Below, in pieces: positions 41,452 through 52,132 of a stretch of 64,000 bases of DNA. Origin of the DNA: an uncultured delta proteobacterium (GTDB lineage: Bacteria > Desulfobacterota > Desulfobaccia > Desulfobaccales > 0-14-0-80-60-11). A model generated the notes under the pieces. The model worked only from the letters and a program-made list of their open reading frames with translations. It ran no database searches and was not told where the DNA came from. Position numbers and translations under genes: made by a program. Position 1 is the stretch's first letter. Each line of letters opens with the position of its first letter. The stretch covers positions 38,845 to 102,844 of the forward strand of contig CAWEFJ010000006.1 in the NCBI GenBank assembly GCA_963808395.1, read 5' to 3'.

Positions 41452-43928
41452 AAGCCGACCTTTCCCCCGGCCGGCAGGCCCTTAGGATTGTCCCGGTCCT
41501 CACCGGGCTGGGGGGGTTTTCGCAGTTTGGCCAGATTCTCACCTTTCGGGAGATCATGGCCCAGTGCCACGGCTCCGAACTTCTGTTTGGCTTGATGCTG
41601 GGGGCGTGGCTGCTCTGGGCCGCGGCGGGCACCGCGCTGGGGGCCTGGTGGGGAGGCGCCCGGAGGGACTCCCAGGGCCGCCGGCCTCTGAAAGTTTTGG
41701 CGCTCAGCGCCCTGGCCGGCGGGCCGGTCCTGGCCGGGCAGATCCTCTGGCTGCGCCTGGCCCCCTGGGGTTCCGCCGCGGTGGCGGGCCAATGGCTCTC
41801 TCCCGGGCAGAGCGCCTGGCTCAGCCTCCTGGCCCCCGCGCCCCTGGCCCTCCTGGCCGGCTGCCAATTCAGCCTGGCGCTCCGGGCCGCGCCCTGGCAA
41901 TCCGTGGGGCCCCTGTTTCGGGCGGAAGCTTGGGGGGCCATGGGGGGCGGTCTGCTAACCGCCCTGGTCCTGGTCCATCTGGGTGGCGCCTTGTCCCTGG
42001 CCCTGGCCATCGGGGCGCTGCTGACAGTTTTGGTCTTCCTACTCCTCCGGATCCAGACTCAGAGACCCTTGGCCATAAGCGGCGGCTTGCTGGCAGTGGT
42101 AATGCTGGCGGCCGCGGCCCTGCCTCTGGACCGCTGGTCTGAAGAGCGCTCTTGGGGCCACCGGCTTCCCGGCCATGCCCTCCTCGAGGTGCAGAACACC
42201 CGGTACGGGCGCCTGGCCCTGCTGCAAGATCAGGCCGGCCAGCAGCTCTCGGTCTTCCAAAACGGCGAATTCCTGGCCGCGGTGAATGAAGCCGATAACA
42301 CCACGGCCCGGCAACTGGCCGCGGTTGCTTGCGGCCAGCATCCCGCCCCCGCCAGCGCCCTGCTCATCGGCGGCCTCCTGAGCCGCTTGCCGGCCGCCAT
42401 GCTGGAACATGGGCTGAAGAGCCTGGAAGTGGCGGAACTCGACCCGGCGGTGGGGCAACTCGCCACCCGGCTTGGTCTGGCGCCGGTTCGGGATCCCAGG
42501 ATGAGGCTGATCTCCGCAGACGGGAGGGCGCTGGTCAAAGCGCACCGCGCCCGCGACCTGGGATCTGGTGGTGGCAGTGCTGCCCGAGCCGGACAGCGCC
42601 CTAACCAACCGCTATTGCACCCGGGAGTTCTTCCGGGAAGTAAAACTAAGGCTCAAGCCCGGCGGGGTGTTTTGCCTGTTCTTGCCCGCCTATGGAGCCA
42701 CGGCTTCATATACCGGCCCCATTCTGGCCCGGCGCACCGGAGCCGTCCTGGCCGCGCTGGACCAGGTTTTCGCAGAGACCCGGGCGGCTCCCCTGGGAGG
42801 ACACCTGCTGGTGGCCAGCGATCGCCCGGGGCAGTGCAGTTTCGATCCGGACGTGCTGGCGGGGCGCATCTTCAAGCGGCCGCAGGCCCGGCCCTATAGC
42901 GAAACCCTGGAAGGGGGGCGGTTAACGCGGCAGGACCTGGGAATGGCCCAATGCCGTCTCTACTTTGAGACTATGCTGGGCGGGGCGCTGGCGCAGGAAC
43001 CCTCCTGGCTGGATGATACCCTGCACCAGCCTTTGCTGGAGAATTTTCAAAAGACTTTGCGGAGTTACCCGGTGAAGGCCAACCGGGATGGCCAGCCGGT
43101 GGAGATCCCTTACAGCTTTATCCTCTCCGGAATGATGGCCCAGGGGAATGAGGCAGCCACGGAAAACTTCGGCTATTGGTATGTGCGCCTCACGGAAGGG
43201 CTCGACTCCCGGACCGCCTCGCTGCCCCTGGCGGCGCTGTTCCTGGTAGTCATGAGCGTGGGCGCCGCCTGGCCCTGGAACCAGAAGCTGGCCGCCAGGC
43301 GCCCGGCGGCTGAGCCTTCCCGGAGCTTTTTCGCCTGGCGCTCCCCGCCTATGCCACCGGCGTCTTCGCCATGACCTTCCTGATAACTCTGCTGGAGATT
43401 TATCAGAATCTGTGCGGTTACGTTTACGTGGACGTGGGCGTGTTTTCGGCCATGTTCATGGGCGGCCTGGCGCTGGGGGCCTTGGCCGCGGAGCATTGGC
43501 GATCTGCGGCCTGGGGCAGGCCGGCGGCGCTGCTGGGCGCCATGATGGTTTTGTGTCTGCTGCCCTCCCTCCTGTTTGGGGGGCTCGCGGCCGGCGGGTA
43601 CATCCGGCCCTTGATGGGGGCCCTGCTCCTGGCCGCGGGTTTTGCTGATGGGGCGATGTTCCTGCTCCTGAGCCGGCAAGGGCCAGGCTGGCTTCCGGGC
43701 GGCCCCGGCCCCTGGGTCTATAGCGCCGATCTGGTGGGGTCCGGGCTGGCGGCTTTCCTGACCGGCGCGCTGCTGCTCCCGGCCCTGGGAATCGCCTGGA
43801 CCCTGGGGCTGACGGCCGTCCTGTTAGCCGTGGCCGCCCTGGCGCTGCCGGCCGGGCGCCGCCAGGATGATCCCCAAGCCCGGGCAAGCCGTGGCCCTGG
43901 CCTTAAAGAGCCGGCAGTAACGAGATGA
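41448..43928 (+). CDS. fused membrane-domain / spermidine-synthase-like protein (two frame changes, ~42560 and ~43330)
   Basis: A possible TTG start at 41448 overlaps the radical SAM stop (TTGA). N-terminal TM block (GFSQFGQILTFREIM...). Central SpeE-like domain (RYGRLALLQD...ALLIGGLLSRLPAAMLEH.LKSLEVAELDPAV...WDLVVAVLPEPDSALTNRYCTREFFREVKLRLKPGGVF). C-terminal TM block. The usual GGGDG box reads GGLLS. Confidence 0.7.
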
Positions 43929-43944
43929 GCCCCTGAAATGCCGT
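43897..43944. repeat. right copy of the 47/48-nt direct repeat
   Basis: CTGGCCTTAAAGAGCCGGCAGTAACGAGATGAGCCCCTGAAATGCCGT. It differs from the left copy by 2 substitutions and one extra T. Confidence 0.95.
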
Positions 43945-44933
43945 CAGCGCGTGCGGCTGGGCGGCGCCATAAATTCCGGCCCCACCGGCTCCTTAATGGT
44001 TTCCTGGAGGATTTGGTCGATGGCGTGCATAGCGGGCTGATCCAGGCGCCAGCCAAAAATCTCGGGCAAAGGCTCCATCTGGTCGGGCCTCCTGCCGCCC
44101 CACAGGGCGATCTCGGCCCCATGGTCCAAGACCCAGCGCACCCCCAGGTGGAGCACCCGGCGATCAAACCGCTGCCAGGCGAATTGATCCAGCCGTTTCA
44201 CCGCAGCCAGATACTCGCTAAGGCGCGGCTCCTTAAATTTAGGGTCGATTTTGCGCAGGTCGTCACCCTGATATTCTCGCGCCGCGGTGACTTGGCCCGA
44301 TAAAAGCCCCCGGCACAAGGCGCCGTAGGTCATCAGGGCCAGATGATTCTTCTTGCTGAAGGGCATGAGGTCCGCTTCGATCTCGCGCTCAAAGAGATTA
44401 TAAGGCGGCTGCACGACGTGTACCGGGCCCCCCCGCTGAAATGCCTGGATTTGCTCGGGTGAATAGTTGCTCACCCCCACCGCCCGGATTTGCCCGGCTT
44501 TCAGGAATTGGTGCAGAACCCTGGCAGTTTCCTCGAAGGGCTCCAGGGGATCAGGCCAATGGACAAACAGAATATCCACGTGGTCGGTCTGCAAATTTTT
44601 CAAGGAATCGGCAAAGTTCCGCTTAATAAAATCCGGCGAACAATTGCGGAAGACCTGGCCGTCCTTCCAGTCCAGGCCGGTCTTGGTGGAGATGAAGACT
44701 CGATCCCGGCATTTTTTTTGCGCCAGGGCCTTGCCGACTATCTTCTCGGAGACCCCGAAGCCATACACCGGGGCGGTATCGATGAGGTTGACGCCTTTAT
44801 CCAGGGCGGCATGAATGGTATTAATGGCCTGCTGTTCATCAGTGCCGCCCCACATCCAGCCGCCCATGGCCCAGGTGCCCAGGGCGATGCGGGAAACCTC
44901 CAGATCCGTGCCGGGAATGCGCAGGTATTCCAT
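43944..44933 (-). CDS. aldo/keto reductase
   Basis: MEYLRIPGTDLEVSRIALGTWAMGG...NLIDTAPVYGFGVSEKIVGKAL...DILFVHWPD...GVSNYSPEQ. Confidence 0.9.
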   Translation of the reverse strand: MEYLRIPGTDLEVSRIALGTWAMGGWMWGGTDEQQAINTIHAALDKGVNLIDTAPVYGFGVSEKIVGKALAQKKCRDRVFISTKTGLDWKDGQVFRNCSPDFIKRNFADSLKNLQTDHVDILFVHWPDPLEPFEETARVLHQFLKAGQIRAVGVSNYSPEQIQAFQRGGPVHVVQPPYNLFEREIEADLMPFSKKNHLALMTYGALCRGLLSGQVTAAREYQGDDLRKIDPKFKEPRLSEYLAAVKRLDQFAWQRFDRRVLHLGVRWVLDHGAEIALWGGRRPDQMEPLPEIFGWRLDQPAMHAIDQILQETIKEPVGPEFMAPPSRTR

Positions 44934-45020
44934 AAATGCCCCTTTCCGGTTTACTCCCGTCGATGGCGGCGCCAATGCCGCGGATGATCTCCTTGCGGTC
45001 TTCCCCCGGAGGGTTGATTT

Positions 45021-47715
45021 CTACTTGGGCAGCGGCCCTCGAGTTATCTTCACCAGATCGGCCGGTCTTACCCACTTGGCAAAGGCCGCCTGGACCTGCT
45101 CGGCAGTCAGCGCCGCATAGTCTTTAGCCGCGGTAATCGGTTCATCCGGCGGCAAGTCCAGAATGGAGCGTTTGATCAACCCCATGGCAATGCTCTGCAA
45201 ACTGGATTCGGACAGGGGGATTCTCCGCAGCAACATCAATTTTGCCTGGCGTAATTCGTCGGGATTTACCTTTTGGGACTGCATCTCCATTAAATTACGC
45301 GCCACGATGCCCTGGACTTTGGCAACATTGTCCGGATCGCAGGCATACTCAATGGCATAGAGGGCCCGGGTCTGATTGGCTTCCAGCTCCACCTCCACGG
45401 AATATACGAGACCGGTTTCTTCCCGCAACTGCTGGTAAAGCCGGGTAGCATAAAAGCCACCTCCCAGGACGTGGTTCCCCAGCGCCAGGGCGTAGTAATC
45501 CGGATTGGACCGCGTCAGTCCCAGGGTTTCCGCCAGGTCGACCTCATCCTGCACCCGGCTGGAATCGGGTACGGCCACCGAGGCAGGGGTGTTGGGGGGT
45601 ACGGGCGGCAGCAGGATATTTGGTTTAGGACCGGAAGCCGTCCATGGTCCAAAGTATTGCTCGATTACCTGTCGGGCCTGCTCGGGGGTCACCTTGCCGA
45701 TAACGATGATCACGGTCTGGTCGGGTCGAAAGACCTTGGAAAAATAGTCTTGGATATTCGCCAAAGTCAACCCGGAGACCGTGGCCGGCGTGGCCTGGCG
45801 CAAGGTCGGGTCGCTTTGGGGATATAAAGCTGCTTTGAGTGCCCGGCTCGCCAGATAATCCGGACTTTGGAGCCTGCCGGCCACGGTGGCGGCTACCTGA
45901 GAGCGCACAATTTTGAAGGCGTCCTCCGGCAGAGCCGGATGGAGTTCATTATCCGCCAGGAGCTGCACCCCGCGCTCGGAAGTGGCCGGACAATGCCTGT
46001 AAAGAAAAAGAGGTTCCGGTGGAGACTTGCGCGGCAATATCATCCAGGGCTTTCTGAAAGGCCAACCGATCCAGGGAGGTGGTGCCGTAGGAAAAAAGCT
46101 GGTCCAGTACCTGAGCAATGCCCTCCTGCCCTTGAGGCTCCTGTAAATCCGGCTGATTTTTAATATGGCCGTAAACGCTGATCGTGTCGCTGATCGATTC
46201 AGGCTGCACCATCAGTTTAATCCCGTTAGGCAAGATGCTCACCACCGGGTGCACGGTGGAGGTGGGAATGGACAAGCGCTCCAGGGAACTCTTGGCCCAT
46301 TCGGGCAGGATCACGTTTTTGCCGGGCTGCAGATTGAAGGATTCTTTGCCGCCAAAGCCTTTGGAGGATATGGGTTGGCCGGAGGCCTGGGGAGTAAGGA
46401 TGGCCACCACCGCATGATTGAGATCCAGGTATTGGCGGGCGACGCGATCGACGTCTTTCACCGTAACCCGGCTAATGGCCTGAACGTCGTCCGCGGGAGA
46501 CTGCCGGCCTTCCACCGCCAGCGCTTGGGACCAGGTCGTTGGCCAGATCGGACACGGAATTTTTTTGTTCTTCCAGTTGGGCCAATTCAAGGTTTTTGGC
46601 AGCTTCCACCAGATCGGCGGGGATACCCTGGGCCACGCTTTTGGCTAAGACTTCTTTGACCTCCTGCAGCAACTTCTGCGGATCGCCGCCCTTGGGGAAG
46701 GCGGCGTGGCATAGGCCAGACCGGCCTCGGGGAGGGGGTTCAAGGAAAAGTCGGTGTTTAAGGCCTGGCCCGCAGCCGCCAGGGCATACAGGTCCCCCCG
46801 TTGACTGGCCAAGACATCGGCCAGCACCTCGGAAGCGGCATAATCAGGGCTGTTATAGCCGGGCAAGCGAAAAGCCACCACGACCAACCCGTAAGGCAAA
46901 TCCGTGTTCATCTCGAACTTTTCGGCCGCTACCGGCTGCAGCTGCACCTCCGGCCGGGGAGGCAGATCTTTCCTGGGAATATCCCCGAATAAGTTTTTGA
47001 CGCTGGCCAGGGTTTTTTGGGGGTCCACATCCCCGGTGATCACGAGAATGGCGTTATTAGGGGCGTACCAGGTATCGTGAAACTTCTGGAGCATGGCGCC
47101 GGTGGTCAGGTCGAAAGAGGCGCGGGTGCCCAGGGCATCGAGGGCATAAGGCGTCCCCTTGAACATGGTCGCCAGGAGTTTGATATAAAAGACATATTCG
47201 GGATTGGAAAGGTCCTGGGCCACCTCCTGCTCAATGGCGCCCCGCTCCTGGTTCCAGAGTTCGTCACTGTCGAGGACGCCGCGCATCCGAATGGCCTCGA
47301 TATGCAAGGGCACATCCAGATCCTCGGCGGGGACGGTAAAGGCGTACTGGGTGACCACCTGCTGGGTATCAGCTTCGAACTCCCCACCCATGGCGGCACT
47401 GATGGCCGCCAGTTGGCCGGCCGAAAGCCCGGGGCTGCCGCGAAACATCATGTGTTCCTGAGCGTGGGCCATTCCCGGGAACCCTTCCGGAGCCTCGTTG
47501 GAGCCCACCAGATAATTGACCATGGTCGTGGCCACGGGAGCGATAGGATCTTGAATAATCACCACACGCAGGCCATTGCTCAAGGTAGCCCGCAAAACGG
47601 CAGCTTGCTTTTCCCCGGCGCCACAGGCTGATAAAGCCGCCAGCGCCAGGATCACCATTACTTTTAGGCCGATGTCCGCCAGCCGGTGAAGGTCCAGTCG
47701 TTTTCCGAATAACAT
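45021..47715 (-). CDS. large two-unit M16 family zinc peptidase lipoprotein (about 3 frame changes)
   Basis: Lipobox LAALSAC. HxxEH in GMAHAQEHMMFRGS. Joined from ORFs 46645..47715, 46472..46672, 45949..46590 and 45021..46118. Confidence 0.8.
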
Positions 47716-48200
47716 GTCACCTTATCCTTTTAGAGATGGATAAATTGCCGGGGTTCCGGGATTGACTTAATCCATTAGCGCATGAAGATAATCACTTAAA
47801 AACTTCTTGTCTGCTTTCTAAAGGGAAAGAGCCGGAAATTCCGGGTCCGTTCCCTTTTGCCTGCCATGGGCTCCACTGATAGGCAAGCCTTGATCTGGTA
47901 AAACCCCAAAAAGCCGAAAGATCGGCGGTGCTCCGCGCCAGCCGAGACCCAGGCCCGGGAGGCCAGCGCGCTCCTGGTGCGCCCCGGGTCATGTGAAACA
48001 TTTTGCAAGCATCTTTTTTTATTGCCTAATCTTCATTAAAGCTGTATCCGGAAAGAAGAGCACCTCCGGGAAAAAATCAACAAGATTGGCGATCTGGCAG
48101 TTGGTCGGCAAATTAAGATGCCAGTGGTCCGCAGTTTAAGAGGTCCTGGACGGCGAGGGTCAGGAAGAGAGATTAAACCAAGGCAAAAAGGAGAAGAGCA

Positions 48201-49409
48201 ATGAAAAAAGGTCTAATGGCAGGGTTCTTGGTTTTGATTCTGGCAACCTCAGGAATGGCGGCGGACACCATCAAGATAGGCGGGATGCTGCCCTTGTCCG
48301 GCAGGGCGGCGGACCTGGGCATCACCTGTAAACAGGGGGCGGAACTGGCGGTTAAAGAAATTAACGCCAAGGGAGGCGTGCTCGACAAGAAGTTGGATCT
48401 CATGATGGCGGATAGCAAAGCCAACGTGCAGGAAATTGTCTCCCTTTGCAACCGCTATATCCAGAAGGATAACGTCAATTTCCTTTTTGGCATAGTCAGT
48501 TCAGCCGGGTGTCTGGCCGCGGCCCAGGTTGCCAAACAGGAAAAAGTGATCTTCATGGACACGGTGGGATCGACGGATACGCTCACCAAGGAAAAGTGGA
48601 ATCGCTATACCTTCCGTTCCGGAACCTGCAATTCCCAGGAGGCGAATTCCCTGGCTCTTTATGCGGCCCAGGACAAGAAACTGACGAAATTCTACAACAT
48701 CGGTCCCGACTATGAATACGGGCGCACCATGTGGGATATCTTCAAGGCCAAGATAGCCCAGCAGAATCCCCAGGCCCAATTCATCGGGGAACAGTGGCCC
48801 AAGCTGTTCGCGGCCGATTATACGCCTTACATCAATGCCATTCTGGAAGCCAAACCCGAGGTGGTTTACTGCACCCTGTGGGGTGGTGATCTGGTGGCGT
48901 TTATCAAACAGGCAAAGCCCTTCGGGCTGTTTGACAAGATGAAATGGGTGATCGCCACCGGAGGCGACATCACGGTGACCAAGGCCCTGGGGAAGGAGAT
49001 GCCGACGGGGATGATCGTGGATCAGAGGTATTATTTCTATTGGCCCGCCACCCCTACCAATCAGGAATTCGTAAAGGCTTACCAGGCCGCCTATGGGGAT
49101 TATCCCAGCGCCTGGGCGGCGGAGGGCTATGACGGCATTTATTTCCTGGCCGAAGCCATCAAGAAAGCGGGCTCTTTGGATACCGAGAAGGTCGTCGATG
49201 CCCTGGAAGGGCTGACCCGGGAGGCGCCCCGGGGGAAGGAATCGCTGCGCAAAGAGGATCATCAGCTCTATTGTGATTTCATGGTGGGCGAGACGACCTT
49301 TGTCAAAGAGTATCCTTTCGCCATCACCGGAAAACCCATGGTTTTCCCGGCCGACCAGATCCTTTACTCGATTGCCGATTGGCAAAAGGCGCAAAGCGAA
49401 AACAAATAG
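48201..49409 (+). CDS. livK: branched-chain amino acid-type ABC transporter substrate-binding protein
   Basis: Signal peptide followed by IKIGGMLPLSGRAADLGITCKQGAELAVKEINAKGGV. Confidence 0.88.
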   Translation: MKKGLMAGFLVLILATSGMAADTIKIGGMLPLSGRAADLGITCKQGAELAVKEINAKGGVLDKKLDLMMADSKANVQEIVSLCNRYIQKDNVNFLFGIVSSAGCLAAAQVAKQEKVIFMDTVGSTDTLTKEKWNRYTFRSGTCNSQEANSLALYAAQDKKLTKFYNIGPDYEYGRTMWDIFKAKIAQQNPQAQFIGEQWPKLFAADYTPYINAILEAKPEVVYCTLWGGDLVAFIKQAKPFGLFDKMKWVIATGGDITVTKALGKEMPTGMIVDQRYYFYWPATPTNQEFVKAYQAAYGDYPSAWAAEGYDGIYFLAEAIKKAGSLDTEKVVDALEGLTREAPRGKESLRKEDHQLYCDFMVGETTFVKEYPFAITGKPMVFPADQILYSIADWQKAQSENK

Positions 49410-49460
49410 CGCCTTTGACGCAGCCCCCGGTTTGCGGTCTGGGCGCCAGATGAGGGAAGC

Positions 49461-50337
49461 ATGGGTATTTCTTTCCTGACGGTCGAGGTCTTGAGCGCCT
49501 TGCGCCAGGCTGCCTTACTGTTCCTCATATCTTCCGGGCTCACCCTCATTTTCGGGGTGCTCAATATCATCAACTTCGCCCACGGGGCGCTCTACATGCT
49601 GGGGGCCTACCTGGCTTATGGGATCACCCTTTACCTGGTAGGCCCCGCCGGCTTCTTCCTGGCCCTGTTGATGGCGCCCCTGGGCGTCGCGGCAGTGGCG
49701 GCCCTGATTGAAATAGGACTGCTGCGGCGGATCTATATCCAGGAAGAGACTTACCAGCTCCTCCTCACCTTTTCCCTGGTGCTCATCATCGATGACCTGG
49801 TCAAAATAATCTTCGGGGCCGAATATAAATCCATCGCCAAGCCGGATTTTCTCTCGGGGTCGTTCGTTCTCCTGGGCGGCACCGTCCCCACTTATACCGC
49901 TCTGGTGCTGGTGGTGGCGCCCCTGGTGGCGGCCGCCATGTGGTACCTGCTTTACCGGACCAGGACCGGGAAGCTGGTGCGGGCCACCTCCTCAGACCGG
50001 GAGATGGCGGATGCTCTGGGGATCAATATGGCGGCGCTATTCACCCTGGTATTTGCCTTCGGCGCCATGCTGGCGGGTTTTGCCGGCGCCCTGGCCGGTC
50101 CGGTGCGCACCGTCTTCCCGGGTTTAGGCACCGAAGTTATCATTGAATCCTTTGTGGTGGTGGTGATCGGCGGACTGGGGAGCCTCTGGGGGGCGCTGGT
50201 CGGCCTCACTGCTCATCGGCACCCTGGAGACGGTGGGCATCATCATCTTCCCGGCGTTCGAGATGGCTCTCATCTACCTGCTGATGGTGGTGGTGCTGGT
50301 GGTGAGGCCCTGGGGACTCTTCGGGAGGCCGTTAAAG
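49461..50337 (+). CDS. livH: branched-chain amino acid ABC permease LivH-type (one frame change ~50210; no in-frame stop before livM as assembled)
   Basis: LSALRQAALLFLISSGLTLIFGVLNIINFAHGALYMLGAY...VVIGGLGSLWGALVG...VVRPWGLFGR. Confidence 0.8.
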
Positions 50338-50391
50338 ATCAAATCCCTGTCCGAGAAAAACCTGAGCCTGGAGGCTCAGGAAATCTCGCCG

Positions 50392-51425
50392 GTGCATTTT
50401 TCCTGCCACTATGCGCTGCGGCTGCTCCCCCTGGTGGTGCTGCTGATCCTGCCGCTGTTTATCGGGCGCTATTACCAGTATCTGTTGACCCAGATTTTTG
50501 TGGCCGGGCTCATGGCCATTGCCTTCAACCTGCTGCTGGGCACCACCGGGTTGCTTTCCTTCGGCCAGGCCGCGTTCTTCGGCGTCGGGGCCTACACGGT
50601 GGGACTGCTCCTGACCAAGACCGCCATTGGCACCCTTTCGACCCTGGCCCTGGCGCTGGTCATGTCCGCCGGGGCGGCTGGGGTCATCGGTTTTTTCTGC
50701 ATCCGCCTTTCCGGGATTCATTTTGCCATGCTCACCCTGGCCTTCGGGCAGCTCATCTATACCGTGGCCTTCAAGTGGTACAGCGTCACCGGAGGCGACA
50801 ACGGCATCCAGGGAATCCCGGTGCGGCCCATCTCCTGGGGAATTTTACCTTAAGCCTCGGTTCCACCAGGGAGATGTACTATTTTGTCCTCCTGGTGGCG
50901 GCCCTGGCGGTGGCCTTTTTGAGCCGGGTGCGCGCTTCGCCGTTTGGGGCCACCCTCAAGGCCATCCGGGAGAACGGCCAGCGGGCCTCCTACCTGGGCA
51001 TCAACGTCCGGCTCTACCAGTGGACGGCCTTTGTTTTGGCCGGGGCCTTCACGGGATTGGCCGGGGGGCTCTATGCCCTCATGGAGAAATCCATCTCCCC
51101 GGAGATCATCCACTGGACCAAGTCGGCGGAACCGGTATTGATGACCATTATGGGGGGCATTTATTCCTTCGTGGGGCCGGCCATCGGGGCGGGCATCTAC
51201 ATCGTGCTGAATGCCTACATCGTGGCCTGGACCGAGAACTGGTCTCTGGTCCTGGGACTGGTCCTGCTGACCATGGTGCTGGCCTTGCCGGGCGGGGCGG
51301 TGGGTTATTTTAACGAAAAGGCGCGTAATTTGCTGGTGAGGATCGGATGGCTGCGAACCTGGGATTTCTTGAGCTCCAAGGGATCACCAAAGACTTCGGA
51401 GGCCTTAGGGCGCTCCAGGACGTAA
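50392..51425 (+). CDS. livM: branched-chain amino acid ABC permease LivM-type (one frame change ~50850; both ends uncertain)
   Basis: [40 protein letters not shown]...GDNGIQGIP...[22 protein letters not shown]. The listed frame overlaps the livG start by about 78 nt, so the true stop is probably earlier. Confidence 0.75.
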
Positions 51426-52115
51426 ATCTCTCGGTAGCCAAGGGTGAGATTTACGCGGTCATCGGGCCCAACGGGGCCGGGAAATCGACTTTGTTCAACG
51501 TGATGACCGGCTTGCTGCAGCCGGATGCGGGGGCAAGTGCTCTTCGACGGGGAGCGCATTTCCGGGCTGCCTCCCTACCGGATTATCCGCAAGGGCATCG
51601 GCCGTTCCTTTCAAATCACCAATATCTTCCCCCGCATGTCCGTGTTCGAAAATGTGCAAGTGGCCCTCTTTGCTCATTATGGCAAATCTTCCCGGCCTTT
51701 CGCCCCGGCCCGGAAATTTCAGGGCCTCGGGGAGGAAGTGCTGGGGATCATCGAGCAGGTGGGACTCGGGGAAAAATGTGGCTCCTCCGCCTCGGTGCTT
51801 TCCCACGGCGATCAAAAGCGGCTGGAGATCGCCATCTCCATAGCCTCCCGCCCGCGGCTGCTGTTGCTGGATGAGCCCACCGCCGGGATGTCGAGATTTG
51901 AAAGCCGGGAGACGGTGGGGCTTCTCAAAAAGATCTCCCTGGAACAGGGCTTGACCCTGGTGTTCACCGAACACGATATGGATATCGTCTTCGGCATCTC
52001 TGAAAAGATCACCGTGCTGCATCAAGGGTCGGTGATCGCCGCGGGCAGCGCCGCGGAAATCAAGGCAAACCGCGAAGTGCGCAAGGCATACCTGGGGGAC
52101 GAGCTGCTGAGTTAG
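51347..52115 (+). CDS. livG: ABC transporter ATP-binding protein LivG-type (one frame change ~51530)
   Basis: [48 protein letters not shown], then [14 protein letters not shown]...[31 protein letters not shown]. Confidence 0.88.
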
Positions 52116-52132
52116 CGGCCTGGGAGGTACTC

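Larger units (their letters stand above)
37256..43944. mobile_element. putative inserted islet bounded by direct repeats (no integrase found)
   Basis: Direct repeats at both ends. There is an abrupt switch to AT-rich DNA at 37303. The right repeat abuts the stop of the convergent reductase gene. Confidence 0.45.

Noticed and set aside
41375-42010. Minus-strand ORFs 41375..42010, 41415..41900 and 42039..42608
   Set aside because: They are antisense to the SpeE-like membrane protein, whose TM and SpeE-like segments read consistently on the plus strand.
48095-48110. Sigma-54-like motif TGGCAG-N5-CGGCA upstream of livK
   Set aside because: Only the GG and GC dinucleotide spacing fits. The -12 box lacks TTGC and the -24 box deviates, so the match is too weak to call.
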